Below are positions 24,601 through 36,600 of a stretch of DNA of 64,000 nucleotides, piece by piece. Position numbers and translations under genes: made by a program. The notes below the pieces were generated by a model. It saw nothing but the letters and a program-made list of their open reading frames with translations. It was not told the DNA's origin and did not search any database. The stretch is from positions 2,294,001 through 2,358,000 of the forward strand of contig JAYWIR010000033.1 of NCBI GenBank assembly GCA_036172245.1. The letters run 5' to 3'. How positions within the stretch are numbered: position 1 is the first letter of the stretch; each line of letters starts with the position of its first letter. The DNA is from Raillietiella orientalis (lineage: Eukaryota).

Positions 24601-27600
24601 TAGATCGACCGAAGGAATTCGGCTTCCTGCCAGAGACACGTGACTCCGTCTTGCTCCATGACGATGGGGTTCGTTTTCCCTCTTTCCCATCTCCATCGGT
24701 GTTCTTATCCTTGCGCTGATCGCTTAGCGAACCTTTGGCCGTTCGCGTGCATCAGATTTCTTTGCCCTTTCGGATGAATCTCCTTCATCTTTGCAAGTGC
24801 GCGCTCCCAAATTTGGGATGGCACCGCCGTCTTCAGTTAGGGTTTCCTAGAAACCCCTGTCCGAGATTATCTCTTCATGATGAGTCGCGAAGAGCACGTG
24901 CAATCTTCTGTAGCCGGTCAGCTTGGCTCCCTCTCGGCCTGGCAGCTCCGGGCATTCCGAGCATCGGAAGGCCAACCGTGGAAATTCTGCTGCTCTCCTT
25001 CCACTTTCCACTCGGAGACAGAAAATCGGTGAACGCCTCGCGATGGCAAATTGAATTTTCCGGTAGAACATTCCACATCACTCGTACCCATCTTTCAAAC
25101 TACTATCAAGCTTACTCTCCAAATAAATCCATAACTGAATACTACTATAAGATGAAATTTTTCTAATCCATTAACATTCCCTTTACATTATACTCCATTC
25201 ACATCCCATTCCTCATTAAATTAACCCATTCCCTAACAATCGAATTAACGCTACATAAAAATTAAAAAATTTTCTATAAATCATCTACCAAACAAACCAT
25301 CTCGTGACCCCACCATAACCAACCCATACCAAACCTCTTCCCCACGAAATAATGTTTTAATTAGTAAGAGTGTTGAATAAGATTAAGTTGTGAAGTGAGC
25401 ATTTTATAAGGAATTTGGCAAAAATTGGTTTAAAATGTTTCTTGAAAGCATTTTCTTATGAATGATATAAGGTAAGGTCTGCTCGGTGCATATTAAACAG
25501 CTGCGGTATTTTGACCACTGCCTCACATGAAAAAATTGCTATAATCCACCCATAAACTTTTAAAAAACAGCATTAATTTAAAATTAAAATTTTACAATGC
25601 TAACGAGCCATACAATCTAATATCCACCATTAAATGTTCATTTTCTTACACATAACGATCAGTTTATTTAACCCATCAACATTCAACATTCTGAGCTCAT
25701 TTCGAATTCCTGTGATTTGACTCAACCTGAAAGTTAAAATGCTGGAAGAACTGGAATATAAGGAACTCGAAAAATTCTGATCTCTCGAATGTCAATTGAA
25801 ACTCCCAAAATTATATTCAACTATCGGATGTTTTTTTTTCTCATATGAATAATAACTATCAGAGAACAACTCGAACATTAGGTAGCGTTTCAATGAATTT
25901 TTCTCTGCTCAGGGTTCCCGTTGCTCGTAGCTGACCTTTGACCTGTTAAGCGAGTTGGACGTATACGTAACTTTTGGCCCTACTGTGGTGCGTTTGACAC
26001 ATGTGCACGCCATGCGAGAAAAAAAAAAAAAAATGACGCCTTTCTGTCCAAATACGAAATTTCAGTGGGAAGTGGAAAGAGCCTCATTCAAATGTGTGTT
26101 TAACTGATATTCCGATAAGGACTGCAATGGTCACTTGGCCGTTCTTCCCAAGACCGGCTAAATTCGTTTCTTATCGAAACATTTTTGAGGTGATGTAAGG
26201 TGTGCCAACCAGACAAAAAATTCTTATTTCCTTTCCTTTTTACATACTGCGTTAAGTGAAGCTTCAATCGAGGAAAATAATAATTGGCAAAAATACAAAG
26301 TATGGTCAGAATCAACCTCGATAGAAGACCGCTCTTGTGCGCATCGTTCTTGGACTTTCTCGTGACCTATCGGGACAGGGATGTCAATTCTATTTGGATC
26401 ACTGGTACACAAGGATAGAACTCTCACGCAAACTATGTACTTGTAAGACAGACACCATTAGTACAATGCGACAGCAGAGATTTGGTATTCCTGAAGATAT
26501 AAAAACAACTTCTCTAAAGAAAGGACGGTACATTGCGGAATCATGTTACCGAATTAGCGGGACAAAAAGGATGTACTGTTCCTTGGTACCATACATGGAG
26601 CCAATATGATGGAAACAGAGAAACGAGGTGTTGTGAAAAGAAATCCTGAAGTGGTCTTTGATTATAGGAAAAAAAGGGTGAAGCGGACAGAAGCGATGGT
26701 ACAGTTGCAGCATATGCGCTGGCGAGAAAGAGGTTAAAGAAGTATGACAGGAGGAGAATATTCCTCCATCCTTTAGACATCCTTTAGTGCTTCAATTCAT
26801 ATTTATTACATAAAAAAAGCAATGGAAAATTCAACCGATTCAATTTTCCGCTCGGATGTATGGAACAAATCATTGAGGAACCCTCAACTCCAGAAACTGG
26901 GAACAGCTGGTCGACCAACTGCCAAACGTCTCATCGGAAGACACCTTCCAAATTTCATACCACCCACACCATCGAAACCTAGTGCACCGCGATGACGTGT
27001 CGTGTGGTGTTCAAAAAATGGCATTCGCAGGGAAACACGGCGTTGGTGCTTGACCCGTGAGGTGCCACCTTAGGTCGTTTCTTGCTTTGCAAAATATCAT
27101 ACTGCGCATTCCGATCGAATTTCTTGTAAAGTTTTTCTATTTTCCTCACGTGTGGAGTTTCCTATTTTCGAAATTTCCATGAATCCATTTTTTGTTCCTT
27201 TTTTTTTTCCATTGAAATTCACGATAGATACAGTTGCTGCGCGTTTGGCGCATCGGTTCGCTTTCGCCACCAATTTGAAACCCACGGGTGGACTTTTGGG
27301 AAAAAAATGACTCGCCCACCAAGTCAAGAAACGCATCCTCCTCAGTTCAGTTTGCATTTTTTCCTAAACGAAAACTCACCATATCTTCTAAATATTCAAA
27401 GGCGCACTGTGGAGGGCATGATGCTTTGAAATCATCGGAGATGGCTCAATTAGATGATCACTCCATCACGAAATGATCGGTAATGAAGCAGTTGTCTCTT
27501 GATGGAAACAAATCTCATGTGAAAGAACTTGGACGCCATGATGCTTTCTCACATGTCTTCTTTATCAACATGAGAAATAAAAAAAAAAAGGAAATAGTTC

Positions 27601-30600
27601 CTTGGAATGCAGAATTCACAGAAGTGCGTGAGACTTGTGCGATTTCTTAAAATCAAAGCAGCACGTTTTATCGTGGCAACTTAGCCAGGCAACTGGACCG
27701 TTTCCGCGGCAACGTGCGTTTTTATTGTTGGCAAGTGCATTGTTGGAAGTGATTCGCTGGTCGAGACCAGGTTTCGGTTCCGGCCATCCGAATCCACGAT
27801 GGCCTCCCTACTGGGAAATGGCTTCGCAAGAGAGCCTGACTTCAAACTGAAGTCGCTCCCGTGGCTCTTCGGGTACCAACTTTTCCTTTGTGCATAAAAA
27901 AGCTCATCTGCATTTAATCCCGATTTCCGAACCAATGAAACTCACGAATAGCTGGAAGATATGGAAATGCAACAACTTGGGTTCATTGTGCGATGCATGA
28001 CTTTGGAAATACGCTTTTGCGCTCAGAGACTTTTAAAAGAAAATGGAAACTTTCTGTGCATTATCCATGTCACCTTTACTGCTACTCTTCCGATGTTGCT
28101 TACCACTAGCGCTTTATCTTAGCACTCTCGTGCTGCAAGAGCACGAGGATTTCATGGTATCGCTTCATCATGATGGTGATCCCCATCATCTTCAGGCACT
28201 GGCCTCCTGATCGTTTTGTCCCAAACTGTGCAACTTTCTCGCCCAACCATCTTAGCGAACTTCCGCGAGTCTGTTTTGGAAGTTTTGGGGGAGTCATAGA
28301 ATACGTCTCAACTTGCGCTTGGTGCGATTTCTGCTTGACCGTACTGTTTTCCATGGGATGCATATCACCTTGGAAGCTTCCTTCTGATCTCTTGGTCCGG
28401 GAAGAGTCTACAATCCTTACCGAATTTTTGAATGCTGACTCTCGCAGATTTCGCCTCAAAGGAACGTCTGAGATTAGTAAGGAAGAGTGCTGGATGAGCC
28501 ACATGTCCACAAATCAATCTCTGCTGCTTCGTTCTTTCTTTGGTTTACTGCTGCAGCGTGAGAGCACATGAAACCGAGCACAGTGTGTTCTCAAGTGTTG
28601 TGCGGTAGCTTCCTTGTGTGGGAAGATGCTCGAAACTACGACCGAATGAGACTGTGCCTCGGGAATGCTCACGCAGTCATGTCGTCTCGCTGCAGCCATC
28701 TTCTCTTCTTCTTTGGGAAGGCGAAAAGGGATTCTTCGGAAATAAGTCCCCTTAGCACTGAGAAGTGGCAGTCTTGCCAGCTATCGAGAGAACCTTTCTT
28801 TCCATCCTAGCGTCTTTTTGCTTCCTTCCCGTGCATCCAACCCACCAGTCTCACCTATAAAAAGTGAAGCACCTTAAATTGAAGGGTTTCTTCGCCACGT
28901 TTACTGTTATACCATCCTGTGAAAAACAAGCCAATTTTAAGCTAATGACTTTTGCTCGCCATTTTTGGTCAGTCCCTTTCAACCCCCTATCCCATTCCCA
29001 TCTTCCACCTTGCTTTCTGTTTCCTGAGGTCTTCTTCAGCAAATCCATCCTCACATCTACAACTGACCAATTCATTCTCTCATTGGATCCTGAATTAACC
29101 CAACTGCAATATCTTCCTTGATTTACCCTTTTCTCTCCTTCATCTCCACCCCTTCCACAGTAAAAAGCTCTCCTCGAACAAGCCAAAGGATAGGCAAAAC
29201 TGCAGCATCCTCATTCTTCTTCTTCGACACTCAACCCTGCTTTTCCCGTCCATCAGAATAAAATTAATGCTCTTAAAAAGAGGAATAACAAGATTCTATT
29301 AATGGCAACTACCCATTCTTAATCATGGACCACTAATGATTACTATAGTTATGAACTACACTATCGTGAGCTGCCCCTTTTATGCTAAATGGCCTCTACT
29401 CTTCGTGAACTACTACTATAACCGCAAGCTGCTACGAACCGACTGCTGACCGAACTCATTGTCCCAGTAACGTTACAGAGATCAAACGTTCTCCTTGCCC
29501 CATGATCGTTCTCTCTTCATCCATCATCATCCTTATCCCATGATTCTCGGAAAACTCATCCCCTCTGTGTTGGTACCATTAGTCTTCTATCCACAGGTGG
29601 GAGTCTCGCCCACGGGACCATAGAGTTTCCGGCTGCTTTCAATCATCCAAGGGCCTCCCTCCTTAGGTGCAGGCTGCCACCGAGTTGACCCTCCCCCCGT
29701 CCGCTTCTGTGACAGAGATGCAGATGGCTCTCCTCACGCCTCCTCACGCGGGCTATTGACCGCTTTTTCTCCCTCCTTCCTCTTCTCTTTCATTCTCTCC
29801 TCCGTTTCTTCGGCACCTCTTCGCAGGACCCCTGCCTCTCTTTCGCCTCCTACTTTGATCGGCGCATTTTCGCGGCCGGTTAGGAATGGGAGAAGCGCGA
29901 CCCGGCGAAGGTGAACGGTGGGACTCTCGCAACAACAAGGATGGTCGCGAAAGGGAAGGATTGTTCGAGGTCATCTGCTCTGTTCGCGGAGACGACGAAG
30001 ACAGAAGAGACTCCAGCAGCACGATTTCCTGGATGAAAAACGTATGCCTCCTGCAATCGGGAGGGTCAGGGTCTCCAAGGAAGACTTTGTCCTTGTCTTC
30101 CCGAGACACGAAGATTCCCTCTTCGATGGAGGAATCTCAGGGGTCTTCAGACCTTCGTGCGTCTCGGCTCTCCGTCTTCCGTCTCCCTACCCCCCCGCCG
30201 CGACGAAACTTGTCTGACGTCCTGCCGGACCGCTGCCTTGCCGTATCGGGTTTGCATCTCCCACGTAGGGGACTAGGGAGCGGCAAAGATCGGGCGTCTT
30301 GCCTCCCTCTTCAGCAGGGGCGCTTTGTCGATAAGCCGTGGAGACTCGGACGGGCGTGGTGCTTGTTGGCTATCCCGTCTACTACCGAGGCAACCATTCT
30401 GCTTGCTTTGCCGACCAGGGGAGCAGCTTCGTTCTAGGCGGCATACAAATTCTGCTCCGGAAACTGCACAGTCCGGAGCGGGGAGACGGCGCAACGCTCT
30501 CGCATCGGCAGGCATCCCGATCAGGGGAAGTCCAGGCTCTGAACAAGGCAACACTGTGCCCTGCTCGGATCCTTCTTCACCTGGGGATGATAATGACCTC

Positions 30601-33600
30601 GCTTAGGAATCTCTCTTGGGATTCTCTGCCTCTGCTCCTCTTCGCCTTTCTTGCAGCCGTCACCATGAGGAAAAGGGGGAAAGTGAAGGAGAAGGGGATG
30701 GCGACGATTGCTATGGCGGTGATGACGGTGATCACGACGGCGATTACGACTATTACGATACGCTGCGACGATGATGACGATGACGATTACGATTTCGAAT
30801 CAGCTGACGACGACGATGACGATTAGGATTACGATGAGGAGGAGGAGGAGGAGGATATCCGGGTTCATTCTCGCAGCTTTCCCTTTTTTCCTTTGCTTCC
30901 CGGGTCAGCGGCCACAGTCGTCGGGCTGGTCCTGAACATCAGCTACGTCAGCAGGAAGCATATGGGCACGTACAAGTGCGTAGCGTCCAACGGCGTGCCT
31001 CCGGCCGCCTCCCACAGCTTCCACGTGGAGGTCCACTGTGAGTGCCCGCCTCCGAGAATGAGCACGGAGGCTTAGCTCACACCTTTCGGTCCCTTTCAGT
31101 CCCCTCCTTGGTGAAGATCCACAACCAGAACGTAGGGGTGAAGATCGGTGGTTCGGCCCTCCTGCAGTGCCTGATCGAGGGTTTCCCGGTTCCCTTGAAC
31201 TACTGGGAATTCTCCGCGGACGGGAGGATACTGGAGAACGGCAGTGAGCAGCGCGCGAAGACATTTCCCCTCCCCCCGATGGGCAGGAGGATCCCCGACA
31301 TCCCACTGCTCTCTCTCTCTTTCTCCCTTTCCTTGCAGCGAAGTACCAGATCCTGCAGAGGGATTACCAGACCTACAAGTCTCACAGCATTCTCATCATT
31401 GCACCCGTGGAGAAGGAAGATCTGGGAGAGTACAGATGCGTCAGCAAGAATGGATTGGGGACAGTGAAGGGAGTCATCACGGTGTACGGTGAGAAATCCC
31501 CTCCTCCCTTTCCCGGGGGGTCCACCGTTCGCACCTTTCTCATGAGACCCGGCTTAGCTGCCCCTTCTGCCTCCCGAACGCGACTCGTTTCCCAGAAGAG
31601 CCAGACACCCGTGCCCGTCTTGCTAAGACTCTTTAGAAGAGTTCGAATCGCGTTTCGAGCTTTCCTCGGAGGATAAAGGTGGTGAGAGGATGTGCCTCTG
31701 GGGAAGGGAAGCAGATCCACCAGTGTTGCTCCCTCAGATGATAGAAGAAATAGTGGAGAGGAGGAACATCTCTTACCCCTCTTCCTCCGCAGCCGCGCCT
31801 TCTGGGAAGCGACAGCTAGAATTGCTCGAAAGAGTAGAGGGGGGGGGGGGAACAGACGAATGAGCGTTCGACTGACGGTTTCGAGATGGCAGCAGCGACT
31901 CGTAGCAAAGGCGCGGCACGAATCATTCTTCTTTCGCACATGAGATGGGGAGGCTGGCGAACCTGTGCATCGTGTGCATAACCGCGTGCGCGATAGCGGG
32001 CCCCACATCGGGAAACATAGGTGGCGAGTGGGGACGATCGATGCCTGCGGAGCAATTCACCTGAAGAGGCGAGTAGAAGATAGAGAGGTTGCAGAGTAAA
32101 TGGGGTGGTCGGCTTAGCTGCCACCCTGGATCGTGCAGGCGGCGTTTATTTACAATGTATAAATGGGCCGAGCTTGCAGACAACTCGCTCAGGATGGATT
32201 TCGGCACATCCATATGAGAACCAGGGAGGGTTAGGTGGGCAGAAAGCACGGAATATCCCGTTTCTGGCTTCTTGTGTCAGATCGAACCCTCCCCATATGG
32301 AGCTCCCCGAGCCATTTTCCCTGTACTGTCTGAGCTCGTGACGTGGTCAGGAGACCCATGGATGCACCTTCAACAGGTTGTCTTGAGGAGGTCGCTGCCC
32401 AGAAAGCGCAGGATCCACTTTTTTCCACCGTGTCAAAGGGAAGCCGAAGCTCCTCAAGCAGGAAACCAGCGGTCACGAGACAGGAGTGCCTAGCGAGGGT
32501 CCACTCGCTCTTCTCCGGGATCGGATGCAACCAGGTGGGGAGGCGAAAGGAACGCTGGGAAAACTCAGGTGGGCGGCAGAGCTCTCCCGAGCAGAGTAGG
32601 GATTAAAAGGAGGCTGTCGACCCAGCCTCTGATAAAACCGCGAACGTGCTGGGCAAGAGACGAGCTTTCTAGCCTGTAGATGGTCCACCCCAGCAGGCAG
32701 AGCAGATGAAGAACAGCTCGTCCGCTTTGGCTTGGGTTTGCTTCCCACGCAGCGATTCGGGGATACCCCGGAACCTCCCGAAAAGTAAGTCAGGGTCGTT
32801 CGGAAGAGAGGATAATAGGGGCTGCGAGATTTCACGGCCTTTTAAGAACCCGGCTGCCATCCTAGAGTCACCATGATCTCAGGGACGGCTGACAAGCCGA
32901 CCAGCTTTCTTCTCCAGAAGGCGTAGTCGGACTTTGTGGCTCTTCCACCAGGATCACTCACGAGAAAGAACTCACTGAGATCTCGAAGACCCGAGACCCA
33001 TCGGCTGTGATCCCGCCGGGAGCTGCGAATGTTGTCGGAGGCGCTCTTGCACGGAAGGCTGCAGCTGACTCCTTCCGGATGCGACATTGCGACACGTCTT
33101 TTTTTTTTCCGACCGGCTTGGTCGCATCCTTAGTGCACGCATAAGTGGCACGCCCTTGGCAGGGAGCGACTGCGTTCTCTGTCCGGGAGAGTAGGTTCGC
33201 GAAACGGCGGCCACTTCCGAAGTCTCCTGCCATCTTCCCAGGAGCATCGTGGACTTCCCCGAGCCCCAGAGGGTCAACAAAGGGCCGTGCGCGCCGTTTG
33301 TTAGTGCCATCGCCGTCCGCTGAGCAGAGCCGCGGCCGCTACCATGGCTGCGTGGTGATGGCAACAGCTCTTCCAAACGTGCAGCTTCTTTTCTGGAGGC
33401 TGGAAAGTCCGTGTGGAGGGGATGGATGTTTTTCCATGAGAGTCCTTTTTTTCTCGCCATGCCCTAGTCCTATGATGTCTCGTTATCTATAAATAGGTCG
33501 CTAAACAATGACCTAAACACGTATTTATATGCAGAGGGAATGGAAGAGAAGAGGGAGGGACAGATGTATCTGTATAGGTAGGTGGACATCTGCATGGAAA

Positions 33601-36600
33601 GATAGAGAAATATTGGAGGACGCAGGCAGATAGAAACACTGAGATGGAGTTGGATATAGATATACAAGGATTAAATATGTGGCTTGGATGTAGATAGGTA
33701 GAGACACAGGTAGAGGTAGGCACATAAATAGAGACAGATTGGTAGATTAAAACACATATGGGCATAGATAGCTGTGAGCATAGATATAAGATATACAAAT
33801 GTTGGCACAAATGGAAAAACTAAACTGATAGATGTAAAAATATAGGCAGATAAAGATAAAGATAAATGCAGGCAGATGGATTAAAGATATACAAATGTAG
33901 ATGGATATATACAAGATGTGGATACGATGAAAGGGAGACATTGGCGGATACGGCTATAGATAGATGGGCATGCAAATAAATATAGGTAGATAGGTACAAA
34001 GATGTCTGCACAGATATACCCATATCTTCCTCACCAGTTTTATTTTGCGTCTGCGGTGCGAATTCTGGGAGGAAGAAGGGAATGAGAAGCCAACGCCGCT
34101 GCCGAAGGAGACCTTTGCGAGGACAGGGCGGGGACGGTAGGGCCTGGTCAGCTGGAGGTGAAAAGAACGCGGTTTGGAGGGAGGTCAGCGTCTCTACCGC
34201 AGCGGTCTAGCGCTCCACGAACGAGGTTATCTAGTAACTTCCTTTCCCGAGCGCTGGAGAGGGTAGAAGGCGCGCTTTTCGGTCCTGCGCCCGCTGCAGA
34301 CTGGAAGAATGGCGACCGCGGGAATCCTTAGCGCGAGGGTCCGGGGGAGAAGTCAGGATTTCAGGGTAGTGCAGGTTCTCACGGAAGCGGAGGGTGAACC
34401 GACTCTTGTGAAAGTCCGGGAATGACTCCAGGCTGCCCTTCGGAATCTTCCGTCGCCACGGAAACCAAAGAGGGCAGAAGAGAGGGGAGGAGGAGCAGGG
34501 AGAAGACTCTAACACGAAAACGATCCTTTCTTGAGATGCTTCCCTCCCTCGCCAACGGGATTTGTCCAGGAAAGACCACCTGCCCTTGGTGGTCAGACGT
34601 GCCGCGCGCGGAATCAAAGCGGCTCAGGGTCAGTTGCTTTGATACTTGGTTCGCGTCAAGTGGCTTAGGGATCCCTAACCCTCGTCCTCCTTATTCCTCT
34701 GGAGGGAAGTGGTGGACTGACCTCTGACCGAGCTCCCGAGCACGGGAAAGAAAAGCTGCTGCCTCCCGCCGCTAAGGTCTCCGCGAGAGCGCGTTCCTTT
34801 TGCCCTTCCTCCAAATCCTTTCTTTCGGAGGCAGTCCTGCGACTGCCGGCTCTTCACGCCTTCCAGAAATCGACTCGAACTTTGGCGTTCCGCCGTTCAC
34901 CGAAGGCAACGAGATGGTCGTCTACGGGCACCTCCCTTCCGAGCACGTCGACGTGAACGACCTCTGCCCCAAGGTCGACTGCCCCAAGTGCCCAGAAAAA
35001 ATCATCAAGGACTGCGCAGGACAGGGCGTGGAGCTCTACAAGCTGGTGGGCCACCCCATCAAATTCGGGTACTACAACTTCCGGGGTCCATCTCCGAGAA
35101 CCGTAGGTGAGGTGCGCTCGCGAGTTCCATCTTCTTCCCTTTCTCTTCCACTTATTCTTTTCTCTCCTCCTCCTCTTCGCCTCCGCTGCCGTCCGCCAGA
35201 GTGCTTCCTGTCTGCCGTGGGGAAGCCGGTCTTCCACCGGTTCTCCAACTCCTCCTTCGGCTCATGGATGCAGGACCCTCTGCCTCTCACGCCTCAAGAT
35301 GAACCCAAGCACTGGGTGGCGCGACCGGACGAGGCCGACAAGCTCTTCGAGTTCTCCAACAAGACGATGTTCCGGAGGAACGAGCCAACCAGGGTGTTCT
35401 ATCTCAACCACCCTTTCCAGGTGAGTCCTCCTTCCAAGTTCAGATAGGGAAAGAGGCAACGAAGGGGGTAGAGGATTGAAGAAGGGAGAGCAAGCAAAGA
35501 GCAACCATATTCGGGCGCTGGTTAGCTCTCTTGTTCCCCACCCTTCCAGACCTTCTCCTCACGGGAGGCGTCATTTCCAGGGCAGTTACCACGCCATCTA
35601 CAACGGATCCTTTTACTACCACGTCCGCGGGACACCGAGGGTAGCGCGCTTCGACCTCGACACCGGAGCGGAAGCCTTCGTGGATCTGATCAATGCCACT
35701 CACTCCGGCGACAACCACCTCTTCAAGATCGGGAACAGCCACGTGGCTGTCAACGTGGACGAGAACGGGATCTGGATCCTCTATGGGCTGGAAGGAAAGA
35801 ACAACACAGTCATCATGAAGGTCCAGGAGCGCCACCTGAAGAGCGTCGAGTACATGTGGAACATCAGCCTGGACCACCACAACGTGGGAGGCATGTTCAT
35901 CATCTGCGGGGTCTTGTACGCCGTCGACAGCCTCACGGAGCGGGTCAGCCGCATCCGCTTCGCACTAGATCTGTACAAGAACCACGCTCTGGAGATCGAC
36001 GTGCCCTTCACCAATCCTTTCAGCCACAACACCGTGGTCCAGTACAACCATCGCAAGAAGGTAACCATCTGTTCGGGAATGTACTCCCGTTTCCGTTCCT
36101 CCTCTTCTTCCTCTGACGGGGATGCATGGTATCCAAGCAAAAGCGAGACGCAGCGTGCTTTGACTGAACGCGATGGCATTCCAGGCAACACCTGGAATGC
36201 ATCCTGTTTAGGGCAGCAGAATGAAAGGTGGTTGGTTCTGCTAGGAAAAGCAGTCACTCTGCTACCATCCTGTTTCCTTGGAGATACGCAGGATAGGTGA
36301 GCGTGTTTCGGATCGCGGAGGCTCGTTAGCGGCGACAGGATAGTCCCGCGACAGATTGCAAGGTCTTTGAGAAGGCCAAACGGTGCTTTTCCTTCTGAAA
36401 ACAGCCGAGGAAGGGTACAGAAGATGGACTTGTTCACGATCCAGCCGGAGTCTCGTTTGGACTCGCCTCTTGAGCGGGGTCGACTCCAATGGTCTTCCAA
36501 AATGCCGTCCTTTGCAACTCGAAGCCACTTCTGGTCATTGCCGTTCGATTCTGACAGTCCTTTTTTGCTCGCTGCTTCTTTCTAGGAAGAAAGGAAGAAA

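Noticed and set aside
25349..25516. Functional rRNA gene or mitochondrial contig
   Set aside because: Under 200 bp, joined to unrelated fragments and embedded in a nuclear intron
30338..30826. ORF with poly-Asp tail
   Set aside because: The tail comes from a GAY microsatellite; there are no splice or domain links to the gene
29650..34700. GC-rich intronic blocks as further LINE fragments
   Set aside because: Only faint resemblance to 62300-63255; not enough motif evidence to call
35781..36500. 239-aa antisense ORF (and similar ones at 35440-35880 and 58252-58854)
   Set aside because: Shadow frames of GC3-rich coding exons on the opposite strand
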